A DNA stretch of 64,000 nt from Monocercomonoides exilis PA203 (Eukaryota > Protista > Preaxostyla): positions 248,001 through 312,000 of the forward strand of contig LSRY02000037.1 in assembly GCA_001643675.2 (NCBI GenBank). The letters are read 5' to 3'. This document shows, piece after piece, positions 38,101-47,500 of the stretch. Every line of letters begins with the position of its first letter. Position 1 is the stretch's first letter. Under the pieces are notes generated by a model. That model was not told the origin of the DNA and made no database searches. It worked only from the letters and a program-made list of their open reading frames with translations. A program made the translations under genes and the position numbers.

Positions 38101-38558
38101 GAAATGTTGTTCATTGCAACTCCACTTTGGCCACAGCAGATTGGCGAATAATATTCTTTTCCGAACATTTCCAACAAGCAATTCGAAAGAAAAAGAATCG
38201 ACCTTTCGGCATTAAGTGCTGGCATTCCACTGAAATGTGTTCTTATTGCTATCGTGTGAAAATAGATCGATGAATTTGCCAACATTATGCAAGACTCAAG
38301 CTTTGACGAAATTATTGCTTTTTCCAGACAATCATTTTTCCTCTGTTGAATTTCGACAGAATCATTCTTCAAATTTCCCTCAAAATCGTTTTCAAATAAA
38401 TTATTCTTTTCATCATCGTTCAATTTCGATGGATTGTATTCCTTCCAGCTCATTTCAGCAAATTTCGAATAATTTTGTCCCTCGAATACAAACGAATTTG
38501 AAAAGACAAAAAACACACAAAATAAAATAGAACATCGAAAAGCATAAGGATGCCACAT
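26178..38558 (-). CDS. Giant type-I membrane receptor-like protein (~4126 aa): signal peptide, repeated right-handed beta-helix (Pmp-like GG.../F..N) modules, TM helix, degenerate protein-kinase-like C-terminus
   Basis: Uninterrupted ORF. The first ATG (38558) gives MWHPYAFRCSILFCVFFVFSNS. GGAI/GGGI/GGGM and F..N.A..G repeats occur with eight CG.....C motifs. TM is TVIIIVLVVILLIVLIVSIVVTIRWKKQKRR. The tail LRWKAPEL..KTVVFSIGMMVWEC.T.K.PF..RP corresponds to kinase subdomains VIII-XI, without HRD or DFG. Confidence 0.88.
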   Translation of the reverse strand: MWHPYAFRCSILFCVFFVFSNSFVFEGQNYSKFAEMSWKEYNPSKLNDDEKNNLFENDFEGNLKNDSVEIQQRKNDCLEKAIISSKLESCIMLANSSIYFHTIAIRTHFSGMPALNAERSILFLSNCLLEMFGKEYYSPICCGQSGVAMNNISAINNGNCNVLPCLVSTTTAQEKSKIDVGFVEMASSIFSDIVMSSTSPFVGSELFSQVDVHMCEFMNITARQKPVFAAKSILKQTLQKNVVSGCLFSNCANTFDGVIVGAERGSGFVSMNTTFSEAKNSYKDQPFTSPLPSFISGDIVFVGCTFTNCSSSDRNGGAISVTGSANLNVTDCSFSDCRARNDKDSYTRGGAIYQNNQLEGIIVNTNFSKCYVNMTTDSFGGAICLFYGLLKIYGSIFSNCNTDRYCGALNCEQGTLQLCSSSFSNCESIGYGGTIHTYCLKEKSFATDCCFSNSHAQGHSGAVSLTIPLGTSILLIKYCFFENNSAASNDGHDVHYSDTNAIRVTSDCIKYSFSRSNKSNRVTTNVDRSEWLPDPNASPDPILVNSAKSGGDHNDCGGTDDECRTIGFAMNQWVSFKHHSIRLVSECFEETEIEVGGRSVLLKKSDGLDRVNISSHTESESLFFVEYGSLEMELFTLIHSSSISNNSFLFQVTGMFGFVHLDKCVITSDVPDGIFNRPFLSAEEGRISLDDCEVKNIVFSDCCLLSTSNCGEICVHGGNITEIVRKVGDGALILKIFKGEERLEWKNTTVSGCRCLNGNGGMAALSLAEGSQLSIGKGGLTTAMRNCVANDGEGNAQNGKGRGGCIYLKLTNAADDFVISNPGFENNSALFGKDVYVCSPNLKASVTRERIAYYSSLFSVDEAMGTDEGTPEVVIPLVYCLRERGERVNVGSNGVDVGVCGFEDYPCKTMQFSLAQQEKVHKLTIASSYSLLECLSLRGDEEYSISGVSGKPEISVVGNGSEQSGVIEVMSDVGISLVSLSLEAWLQSSQTAVFVVGEEVEGSLQISSSLVKGSSSVSEIGYSLIAVKNGKAELNDVEVGSLTFKEPMIICAQMGTKVKAVNLVCTDVLSAESGLIKAESDSELLISGSKFESTGRNKGSVININKARNSIVNRTIFSGCLLSSGDGGAIQGVIGQGQKLEVEGGEMNVVCEKGNGGGMKIVMEKDSIFYVGIEGLAKLKGCQAGMIGDKGGYGGGIWLDCVKSTGNFRLKNVEFAGCVANKCGKNMFVKTEKMGNVIDSTRIGFGPDLLKEDEIAGTEKEDEVYVIPLVLFLREDVSEVAVGGANKKDFSRCGYAGYPCETVQYGIAQWKKASGISLKISESGILGSELLLASGSSTFRGAELEARLDVYENITVNQSAMIEVSSNCLFESLFFVVPESLNGREWLMKMSTETLNLTNCQYSVRSASFVSVGLVLCVGGKMEICGLSVNEVEFRLHPLMRIEEEAECNMNESILNGVITNGEVSVIELHSSGLLTLAKTTMSGKKDRASGGGMICDVNGKTLTVEDCSFCGICMSMQNGSTLNGNIGDENSVVVRNSTFDDCSANDGCGGGIMVTLSGEGMLRIGEEGERMDVKKCNARDLSKEKEGRGYGGGVFVRIVEEAYDVILRSFSFGQGEERNGADNGGNNIFVEANELKKIATDTVFDFSFAKSEEEMPNLKDMMGFEGGNKSQAIPLVLLFRNFSSPAFVGNDGINGKLCGFSDYPCADVLFAGKTIFGQGSAIIRLLPQYEITNQLRFEEQEMKIDVEEIGVEVVIASNGSINGEGFIETRSATTFGKMMFSVPSSMPDSKSALFVCFSSSLVMNNVSFIARTNVVSFSLVKVVGGESSLVGVKVRDVKFSINSFLVIQGNGTSAQLNGMELKGVNGEDVCGLIHVNSGGSISIVNSSEKGAGMKNGAVLCFDGSCGIQLRNNSVTAVSREVGSGGGVVGRAGEGKVVDMKECSFETIVCAEEGAKGGGLVVHVEKGGTLKFEGNSVKFNEVSESGGYGGGMFLELEDTDLSYSMQKNRFGENKALLGRDVYVACEDVRRMLNEILWEGSVNEEDERERFWVYDGSVEPAINVSILVILFPESPKIMFVDGAKVNKKECGFEETPCKDVGYAFSLMNDSHSTIRVIGNTTLDADIARNSSLAIQGRGLTKPVIGVGGGGHITLVSSPIFLSIRSLSFELPATPTTAGYEEFLKIEGGQCLISECVFGVENGIESGIEKESCVWIVKETDGKLDIKSVSVVGIGFQMRKGIADVERGVISLSEVEIKGVSTEGKSLIYGGEGAEIVLSNVRASGCSIENGHLLEAKKARNVEIVNESCFEGWGVSVVNGGMMWCELGGDDKLLMKNSTVRNWSVDGEDGRGGGVYLHIGNDSSNNFVFENLLFSENSAREGKDMFVFCKALNISVSPIRFCFVAENGEEGSESDLWGIDESHYFEPVNLRLFLVQPHSECVYLSVEGYDAIGCGLEEHACQTLWRGVQNIKSGKDNSEIVILEKAHVKDGSDVSGIRIRSAQDEVHSSLLFEEKGEFNGDGAIVNSKKSEFVFVDFVFPHSLRNGVKALILSESTNGDMNMSNCIFECSQQETVEFAMLEMNGGEVTLDWCSFKGKMVFGSQPLKLAGTVRMNNCSFQAVASAQNGKGGLANVILENEAELQVKNCTIQKCECLTEGGRGGGLFIDCKKSKIARSVLFGAVIFEGNKADVGENLFVESFDLNSTVTTDTFDFDFESLKSNSNGFVGSDKVFNETDLFRFVVGYRSERIYVSDEGHDVARCGSAEDPCQSWWKGVRQMSEGADKRWIFILGKVELNEVFEMTDCSIEAWDPVEDEVSKVKIMIENDVNESRKACLWNKNTARIARVEFEMEGEYDNEEKAVILSENGSLSLVNCSIEGLAEKRIQMLVSFVCVREGVLEITNFDVSNLNCEKSLLVVSGRCESRIVELVIKGLSLNEGSVIEVEGASRSKQEQAKSMKSSPTILLEKCHVKDVKKDVGGACVIDSSANKESLKLVANRSAFDECRSSNSEEGGAILFVLKREGSLRIEESTLNQCGCSTAKGRGGGIYVDAAVSGDLDMQFVKDGFDSNVARVGRDLFVKCVDIKKQINETQFNLDLREGSYNRYNAIYGMDETEFVDEPMNLIEFIVTYQNDVIFVTSNISKGSEDSKNCGTQKQPCATLEYALQHLSYEFNSQLVIIEEGRISAELELCNVTISSRSEQHAKVGVTSGIHESAESLLSCTDKVLLTRLFVLFESSFAMAHGSFLRSEAGVAQIVSCSFSCEETTRNDESDLLLILLSATGNGSLSMEEVNITRFSFVSQLIVVESNACLKCSSISIQDVSCRKGLMCLSSHGKVTLEKMEMSNVLSNEGSAIQVHSSDIDRNGDEEERTEIETSQLVCENISVPLTSSVIACDELKNSFVKIENSSFVSYSSSPERGSLVMMSACRKVSMNLCKFGVNRQAFDVIVNDEGEDICEWNGSLVDFGECHVVLKDTTVENSSEGGLSISGGQVMIEEGWFMNNNPMIGKYPSIRRNIICSDDATVNVVSLKGGDGAKENSSLWMLNKGCKAEGTLEGLKSVLFIPVLDSVSMAEEGAVMSLSFRGALFIPCKLGFEIVTRMGSTKLIEKWEFSEGDFGSETEVHSSISSAMITSSPDESEVAAAIIFGEKNAETDLFVLKNRSEPQIRGDGKLVEGGKGKSFSSTVIIIVLVVILLIVLIVSIVVTIRWKKQKRRTEELEIIVEDTVKKDPKAFEMVTMEMSPEEQWRRAEREAEKKNEERIKKRVYEKSLGHSESSEHLLSESGSTEYILGRDSDKIPDWALEKEEEEEIRKRSPSPSISSTSTTSTTDSDSTFVRSECLCPTTSSMSNLVDAMACSSPHEKLIVDLRDSLFMLLHGRNEKKEMAIGTLEEREVTAAQIMFWVANGVLHCFDELKVALQSLDGLSPHIVLFSEHMVICIAMHSDCSTDSDSSSISSSTTVVTSASDDEEDSLPSSAFEDEDEFKKECLRWKAPELVSGAKKHATKKTVVFSIGMMVWECVTLKMPFGEYDGSGAGELIVEGVRPSMEMMEGSRLSGCVKECVLQKGRERPELGRLKREFFGYFPSGATMVTATDAIGLYEGSDVFYGSGGICSSSSSDSGSTCTEMGG

Positions 38559-39965
38559 TTTTCTTGAAGGCAAAGAGTGCAGGACAACTTTTGAAGCAAT
38601 TTGTTTGACTGATCCTGTGAGATATAATATTAAGATTTGAATTCCTGAATGCCCTTTGTTAATAAATTGAAGCAATCAAAAAAATAATTAAAAAATAAAA
38701 TAAAATCTTTGTTATTCCAAATAAATTTTTTTAAAAATGAATAATACCTGTTTCTCTGCTAAATAAGGCAAATACATCAATTAGAGTGGAATTCTTTTCA
38801 ATTTTTGAACAATCAAGATGAACAAAAATAAAAAGAAAATACAGAAAAAAAAATCCTCCTTTTTTTCCCCTTGCAAAAGCCATTAGAAATGGCAGTTACA
38901 GAGAAATTAATATCGTTCGTTCAAACCATTTTTGCTTCAATCTCCCTATGATGAATGAAATTATATGCATTTTGATAGAAAATAAAAAATAAATAAATAA
39001 AATATGAACAATCGATAACAGTTTCGAAAAGCACACACAACATTCATTACTAGAGATGAATCGTATAAAGGTGAGGAATGCAGGCATTCTCATTCCAAAA
39101 ATTACCAAAAATGAGGCTTTTCGCGTCATTTGCTCATAAAATGCTTGAAGAAGAAGTATTTTTAATTTTTTAATAAATTTCATAATGTCTTTTCTTTCAA
39201 AATATTTTAAAGCTCCTTTTGATTCGATATGCTGCAAAAAAACATCAGATAATTATTTTTTGTGATACTCCGCTTGCAACTTTCGAAAATCCTTTGTTAT
39301 AAGCAGACAAGAACAAAAATGCTTCTTTCTTCACATGTAAATTGTTTTTTGTCTTTTTAGCTTTGTATTATTCGATAAATCGTTTTTCTTTGATTGAATT
39401 ATTTATGTTATGGTGCAAATAAATAAAGCTTTATCAATCAATCATCAGAAAAAAAGCAACGCATGTTATTCATATAGAGTTTATTCATTTCATTAGAATT
39501 TTAAACGAAGTTTTTTGAAGAAATTAAACTTTTATTTAATTATTTTCCAAAGATTTTGAATATTGTTCCTTCGCTTGACAACGGAACTCTTCAAAAATAA
39601 ATGGGCATTCATGTTGATTTTGCGAGAAATAATTTGCAAAAATTTTTTTTAAAATGCAATTTATAAATCAGCTTATTTCATTTACAAGATAAATAATCCA
39701 TCAGATTCAACATCAAGTGAAAAATGAAAAAATGTGTTTATAACTCGAAGCATTTCACTTTCTCTCAGAAAATACAGAAAAAAAGGTTCGACAATTAAAA
39801 ATGAAGGAATCTTTGTGCCACAACGCAAAAAGATTTCATTTTCCTGAACTCAAAACAATTTCAACAAACAATCCTTGAAACGCAAAAACTTCAGCTTTTT
39901 CTTTCTTTCTTTTCTTTTCTTTTGAAGCAGATACCATGTTGTTGCCCAATAGGAGCTGACGCAAT

Positions 39966-40940
39966 TTAGTTGTCAGATTTCATTTCAGTTTGATCTGGAC
40001 TGGGCTCGGAAGAAGCATTCGAAGAAATCGTTGATGATGATGATTTTGATGTGGGTGCAGACGAAGACGATGGAATCGGATAGTCAAACACAATTGGCGG
40101 GTTTGTCGGCTTGTAGTCTTCATCCACGCTCGAAGGGTTGATGTAGACTGTCTCTCCATCGAAGCTGATTCCGTAGCCATCGTGGAAGTGCCCAAACACT
40201 GCCACTTTCGGGTGGATCCGCGTCCGAATCTCCTCCAGCAGATCCACATCCCCTTCGTGCGTGCCTGACGGAATTGTATCGCCTCTGCCCATCGGCGGGC
40301 CATGCGTGATGAGGATGTCAATCCCTGCTGGAACTGTCTCCCACTTCTTTTTGCACTCTTCTCCACGAGCCAAGTTGAACGCCCAATCATAAAACCACGC
40401 CTGATACGGCGACCCATATATCCGGATGCCTTCGATGCACGTCTCCTTGTCGTGCAAGTACGTGCAGCACCCTTCCAGCTTCGCAATTTCCTCCGAAGGC
40501 ACAAGCTGCTTTTTGTGCCCAAATCTCTTCCATGACCGCTCATAAAACCCTGCCTCCATCGAGATGTCGTGATTTCCCGCAATCACAACCTTGTGCTTAA
40601 ACGGGACATTTCTCATGAACTCTGCAAAACTGTCGTTCTCTCGGTCTTGCCCTGTCATCGTGAAATCCCCGCTGTGAAGAAGCACATCTCCCTCCGGCAG
40701 GCCTCCGCTGATGTGCCCATGCCTCCCGTGCGTGTCTGAAATACACACAAAACGCAGATACCCCTCGGGCTTTGGCTGCTCCTTCGGGTTCTTCACAACA
40801 TACGGAATTGGCTCCACAAACTTTTCGCGCTTTTCCAAAACGCTCCACGCCAACGGAGTAACATCATGGCGGAACGACTTCCAGTCCAATTCTTCGTCGA
40901 TGCCTGGAACCTTCTTTTGAGTTAACTGAGTCCAAATCAT
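39966..40940 (-). CDS. Calcineurin-like metallophosphoesterase, MPPED1/MPPED2 (239FB) type
   Basis: All five metal-binding motifs: RFVCISDTHG, DVLLHSGDFT, VIAGNHD, ILITHGPP, VFGHFHDGYG; also IYGSPYQ..FYDWAFNL.RG and NPPIVFD typical of MPPED. ATG at 40940; an upstream exon cannot be excluded. Confidence 0.93.
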   Translation of the reverse strand: MIWTQLTQKKVPGIDEELDWKSFRHDVTPLAWSVLEKREKFVEPIPYVVKNPKEQPKPEGYLRFVCISDTHGRHGHISGGLPEGDVLLHSGDFTMTGQDRENDSFAEFMRNVPFKHKVVIAGNHDISMEAGFYERSWKRFGHKKQLVPSEEIAKLEGCCTYLHDKETCIEGIRIYGSPYQAWFYDWAFNLARGEECKKKWETVPAGIDILITHGPPMGRGDTIPSGTHEGDVDLLEEIRTRIHPKVAVFGHFHDGYGISFDGETVYINPSSVDEDYKPTNPPIVFDYPIPSSSSAPTSKSSSSTISSNASSEPSPDQTEMKSDN

Positions 40941-41510
40941 CAAAAGATGTGAATTGATAAAAAATTAATATTCTGTTATGGTAACGTTTGATTAATTTTT
41001 TTTTTTTTTGATATAATTTAATTTTCTTCATTATTCAGCAATAAACCACATTTTATAAATGTCCCTATTCCTTACATATTTAGCAAGTATCTTTGTTGTT
41101 ATAGATGCATTTCAATTGAACAAATGTATTTAATCGTTTCAGTTGCTGTTTGGATATTCTTCAATCAATATGGAATATCTTTTGTTTTAAATAAAACTTG
41201 TCAAATGAATAAAAGAAGTTGATAAATATTATTAACTTTTCATTTTTTGTTTTTTGTATCTTTGTTAACATTTTGCTTCATTTGATGTTGTTATTTTTAT
41301 TATTCGAAAGAAAATGCCTTTGTTTTGTTGAACTTAAAAAAATCATTTTGAAAAACAGTGAAAAACGGATTGAACAGAAAAACCAAAAAATCTATCTTCA
41401 TCACAACAAAAACAAAAAATGGAAAAACATGAAATTTCACAACTATTTTTTGGAATTCATTCATTTTTCATTTCTTTTGTTTTTCCTTTTCAGTTGGACG
41501 TCAAAGTATT

Positions 41511-44500
41511 TCACAGAGAAAATAGTTTTGAAAAAGCATTTGCAGCAGAGGGTGTGGTGAAAGAAAAAGTGTATGATTCTCCGTTGAGTATTTGGTGCAG
41601 GGCAGAAATCAAATTCTGGTTGTCTGGTTGGTCAGAAACAGAATGTGCAATCAGCTGAGAAGAATGAGCAATATTCGAAAATGTGCCATTTCCTTCAAAG
41701 CATTTTTCTGTCTGTCTTTCACTCACAATCTCTGAAAAATCGCCCATTGGAAGCGTTAAGGTATTCACAGAACATTGAGAATTGGCTCCTGTCTCATTCC
41801 TGCTTGGATGCTTCCTCCTGAACAATCGAGGAAGAGGGCGACAAGCCATCGAAAGAGAGAAAGATCGATTCATCATGAGCTGAAACATCCAATGCATAGG
41901 GTTTGACAGCTTCCTCTGGCACACTCTTCTTCGCCATCTGCAGCTGTTGAAAGGGACACACGAATGCAATTGGAATCCTGTTCCACTCACCGATGTGGCA
42001 TAAGAAGCTTGTCTGGAGAGCGAGGCAAGTGCTGATGGAAGAAGATGGTTGGAAACATTCTGTGGCAAAGAGTGGATGGAATTCATTCCCAAAAGTGATG
42101 TTGTGCTCAAGGCCGAAATGTCAGAAGCTTTGTGAACAACTGTTGGAAGGTGGTTGAGCGATGCAGAAGAAGAAGGAATGGCTTTTGTGGAAGGAATAAA
42201 AGTGACTGAAGCTCCTGCAATCTCCATTGTTCCCTCATTTGCTGTGCGAGACGAGCTCATTCTGCTTCCAGTTAACGCATCGTGCGCACCAGCTGAACTT
42301 GTGCCATTGCTTTCAATATTACTGTTGGGAAGGTTTATGTTTGTCTCCTTTTCATTGAAAGAAATCACTTTCGGAGATACTCGCAGACTTCTCTTCAACT
42401 GAAGAGATTGAAACTCAATCAGCTGCTTGTAAGCAAAGATGAAGACTGATTTGACATATTTTTCGAAGCAAGAAGACGAAACACCGTTGAGCAACACAGA
42501 TGCAGAGCACAAATAAGAAAGAGTCAGTGGAGAGAAAGAAGCGAGAAAAGGAGATGACGATGAAGGAGAAGGAACTGCTGCTGATGAACAAGAACGTTGT
42601 GAAGAATCAGCAGGAATTGTTGAGTTGTTTGATGGCCTCAGCAAATTCACAAGAAGTGAACAGGAATGGAATGAAACTGCATCACTGACTCGTTTTTCGT
42701 TCAAAGTGGAAGCGATTGTGTGAATGTTGAAAGAGCTAAAAATGGGGTGGAGATTGCAAACAGGAGAAGACTGGATGGAGGAGGACGATTGATGTGCTTT
42801 CACAGAAGTCTGAATGCAGTTCGAGATCTGCTCTCCAACATTCACACTGGAGAAGGAATTCGAACCCAAAAGACTATTTTCTTTGTGGAAGGAATGAGAA
42901 AGAATTGGAGGTTCTTTTTTGGCTGAGAATGACGAATCAAGAAGAGACAATCTTTTATCCAAGTTGCTTTCAAGGTTTGGTGGTCTGTTGATGAACGATA
43001 GCAAACGATAACCGAGGAGAGAAAGAGGAGAAGATGAAGATGAGAAGGAAGAAGAAGAATTCAAAGTAGATTTCTGTTCAGGTTTATTCATTTCGGTGAT
43101 TGAGATGAAAGAAGACGCAGTCAATATCACAAATGGCAGTTGAGACACAATAGTTGAATTTGAGTTGAAGTTATGATTCGAATCATATTTGGAGAATTGA
43201 GCAAACTGGGCGAAAGGAAATGGATGAGAAAAAGACGGAACAACAACAGGAAGAGTTCGATCAGCATGAAAGGCAGAAACAGGAAGGAGTTTGAATGGGG
43301 AAGATGGAAGTGATGGAGAAGGAACTGTCACAGATGAGCTTGTTCCGAAAGATAAGGCGCTTAAAGAAGATGAAGGAGGAGAGAATGATGAGAAAGAGGA
43401 TGAAAATGAGGATGACTGCAAAAAACTCTTGTTCAGATTGGATAGATTGCGCACAACTCGTGCAACTGGAAGCGAATACAGCGATTTGAGGTGAATGGCT
43501 GTGCAAATAGGACTGCTTGCATCGCAAGAACTCTCAGAGATCGATGAGATATTCGATGTTTTGTGCGAATTTGCATATTTTTTATCTTCAACTTCGTTTT
43601 TAATTGCATCTTGCTTCCCTTCCATCTTTGCTTCCGAATGCGAGCAATTTCCGCGTGCAAATGAAACATGCAGCAAAAAAAGTGAGTCTGAGACTGTTGA
43701 GCTTCTCTGCCCAATTCTGTCTTTATCTGAATGCTCAACGAAACCGGAGGAATTGGAAAGCTTTGACTGTCTATTTGACACAGATGGCTGATCAAAAGAG
43801 AAAGCATTTCTCGTCTTCTTATTATTTTTGCCACTGATGCTGTTGCCATTGCCACCTTCATTGCTATTTCCTTTTAAGTTGATTTTATCCTCCTGCCAAT
43901 CGTGCAAGTGCTTCTCGATTTTCACAACGAAAAATGAGTCTTCTTCAAAACTCTTTTTGATCAATGCATACGATGTGTGTATTCTTGTCAGCACTGATAA
44001 ATGCGCCCTCAAAAAGGAGCGGAAGCAGACAGGACATCCAAAGAAATCAATGAAACTCGACGGAACCACAAAGCGGCGCAGAAGAAGATACGAAAGCGAA
44101 ATGGGCTGGCTTCGCATGAATGGCCTTGAATGAGATGAAAAATGCGAGTGAAATCTTGTGGGTTTGTGAGAATCTCCTGAAAGTGCAGTAGCTTTCAGTC
44201 TATTTTGTGGAACAGAATGATCAGTTGTTGACTCAATCTCTTTTCTTCCTTTGCTTCCTCCACCTACCCTTTCCATCTGCCCACTTTTCTGTCTGTGCCA
44301 AACATCTTCTCTTTCTCTCGCACTTTCTCCAAATCTTGTCTCATATCCCAATTCTCCCATCCCAAACACTGGCGGAAGCCGTGCCTGATGCAGCTCAAAG
44401 GGAAGTGAAGGGACACACACAGCGTCTGTCACATAAAGTGCAATCAGATCGATGGACGAGGCAAAAAGGCGAGTCTGTTGCTGATGGAAAGAATGAGATA

Positions 44501-47500
44501 GAGCAAATGAGGGAGAAACCATTTTGTTGGAAAACAGTGCGGGAAGCTGAGAAAAGAATGGATCGTGCAAAAAATCAATGAAGAGAAGAGGTTTGCGGAG
44601 ATGTGAAGAAGAAAAAGAAGAAATATTTGAAAAGAGGAGAGCAGAGGGATGAGAAGAGTCGGAAAAAAACGGAGCGTCAATAAGCGACAAAGCGTTCTGT
44701 GTTTCTCTGAGATTCTTCGTAGATGAATCAGAATAATCGCTTTCTTCTTCTTCTGCTTTTCCATTAACTTCTTTTGATTCTTTCGTTTTCAGCTTGCTTT
44801 CTCCAATAGCCTCAGATCCACTCTGGCGGCGCGCAAAATAAACTGGAGGAAATGAATTCCTCTTTTGCTGCGCTTCTGAAGAATCAGGCGAATGAAGCTG
44901 GGTTTGTGATAACTGCATATTGTTGAGTGTTTCTGGTTTCTGACTCTGGCGGAGTGGAGAAATGGGGCGATATGATGAAGATGAGAAAGAGGAAGAGGAG
45001 GAAGAAGAAGGCAACAAAGAAGAAGCTGAAGAAGAAGGAGAAAGAGAAGACATTCTGGGGAAACGAAGAAAAGATGATGAAGAACGACGAAGAGATAGCT
45101 TCCCTTCTTCTTTGAATTTTGTCTCAATACGAGAATGAAGAATTGGTGAAGGAGAGCCCGTCTGGCTGTGAATTCTTGGTGAAATCCTTTCAATTTCACT
45201 TCTTCCATTTGTTTCAGAATTATGCGAATTAAAAGTTTCACCAGGTGAAAGCAAAACCTGCTTGTCATTCAAAATGGAAGGATTGTTGCATTCATTAGCT
45301 TCTGAAATGTTGATGTTGCTGCCTTTGTATTCTCTCACTGCTAACACTTCAGAAATGTCTTGTTGTTGTTCCGATGACGAATCTGAAGTGAATGATGATG
45401 GTGTTGATGAGAAGGATGTTGAATAATAAGAGTTATAAGATCCATCTGTTTGTGATTCATCAATTGATAAAGAATAAGATGATTGCAAATCGCTATCGCT
45501 TTCATCACTTTGAGAGGAATATGAATCGTCTTCTGAACTTTTGAACAATTTTTCACCATCTGAAATATCTGTGCTGTCATCGCGTGTGATGAAATGAGTA
45601 TTTTGTGTGACGAGGTCATAGTTATATCCCTCGTCCACATCTTCATCACCCAACGTGGAAATCGAACTGGAAAGATCATCCAAAGACATTGAATCTTTTC
45701 GGGTTTCCTTCTTTTTTCTGTTGTGGTGCATTCGTGAACCATTGTTTTGGTCATCTTCATAAGGAGAATAAAACATCGTGTGTTCGATCCTGCCGAATGC
45801 TGTTGGATCAAAAAACAGATCATTGTTCTCCTTCGCATTGTATTCTTCGAATACGCTATGTTTCGGTGTGAAATACAAATCTTGCTTAAATTTCACTTCT
45901 GTCTCATCCTCAATCTGATGTGAATTCTTCTTTGAAAGTGTTTCTGACAATTCACTGTTGCGTCTGCTGACAAGTTGATCCCTCACTTCACTTGATGATT
46001 CCACATGTGGAAGTGGCTCAGAATTCGGGTAATAACCTGGATGTTTGTGGAAATTATATTCATTGTGATGATGATGATGATGATGATGATGCCTATGTTT
46101 GTGATGTTGTTGTTGAGAGTTGTATTCAGTATCGCGTGAATGAGAATGAGATGATGACATCCTGTTGTGAATATGGCGATTGTTGTGTGAATGTCTGTGA
46201 TTGTTATGATGAACAAGATGATGAGAATTTCCTTCCTTTCTCTGTGATTTTTTCACCTTCTTTCTGAGATGCGATGGCAAAAGCGAATAAACAAGAAGTT
46301 CTTCATCTTCTTTTCTTTCTTCTTTCTTTTGTTTCTTTCCATTTTTCCCTTCTCTTCCTGATGATTCATTTGCACCATCAAATTTTTCTTTCAATTTCTC
46401 CTTTTTCTCCTTCTCCTCCTTGCCCATGGCATAGAATGAAATTGTTTTCAGCTGCGGAACAAACCCATGTGGAACTTCTTCATTCAAATTCGCTTCTATT
46501 CGAAGCTGCTTTTTCATCTGCCGATATTCCATCGACTGCTTCTGACTCGCCAAATAGGAGAGAACAGGAGGAAGATGGGTATCTTCCTTCTGTTCCGTTG
46601 CAATTGGAGGAATAAACATTGACTTCCTTTTCGAAGAAGATGACGATGACGACGATGAAGGATTGGTTGATAGAACTGAAGGTTTCGCTTGTTCTTTCGG
46701 CTCTGCCTGCACTTTCATTCTTTCAAGCTCTGCGAATTCATCTGCTTGTCCTTTCACCACCGAAAACAGAAGCTGCCTGAGCGGAACATTGTTTCTCAAA
46801 TGCGACAAGAAATGAGAATCCTTCAGCAACTGAGACAAATCTGTGGTGTGTGCCAGTGCAAACAGTCTGCGAAGAAAGAGAAGATAATCAAGATTCTTCG
46901 CTTCTTCCTTGGAGTTTTCTTGTGGACTTGCTGCGCCGTTGGGAACATTGTTTGCTTCTGAGCTTCGGGAAGAAGAGTGTGAAAGGCCGCTTTCTATTGA
47001 GTTGTGCGAGCCATATGAATCAAGAGATCGTTCAGAGGAAGAAGTGATATTTGAAGCATTTGATACATTTGTGACCGTTGTTGCAACAGATATGACAGAT
47101 TGAATGGATGGAGAAAGAAGACGGAGTTGTGAAGAGGAAGGAGAAGAAGAAAGGGAAGAGAGAGCGGATGATGTGTGCGGAATGGAAGATATTTCTTGTT
47201 GAGATTCGCTTCGAAGAGGAGTTGGAGAAAGAGAAGGGGAATTTTGTGACGTGTCAGTCATATTGGATGAAGAATATGAAGTTGAATAAGCAGAAGAATG
47301 TTTTGGCATTTCTGGCTGTACAAGTTTATCTGTTGTGTATTGCTTCTTCAGAATAGACGGAACAAGAACAGTTTTCGTGTTCAAAAGCGAAGAATTTGCG
47401 CTTCCAATCGTTTGGCTTGTTGAGGCGGTATTTGTATCTGCACCTGTTTTCGTTCTGTTTGCTTCTTCAATTTCACTTTTCTCCTTTTCTGCTTCCTTCT

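Noticed and set aside
38559-38675. 5' extension of the 4165-aa ORF from a TTG start
   Set aside because: Eukaryotic gene; the first ATG at 38558 yields a signal-peptide-like N-terminus.
38896-39237. 113-aa minus-strand ORF with a possible acceptor site
   Set aside because: AT-rich, no motif, and no convincing multi-exon model could be built.
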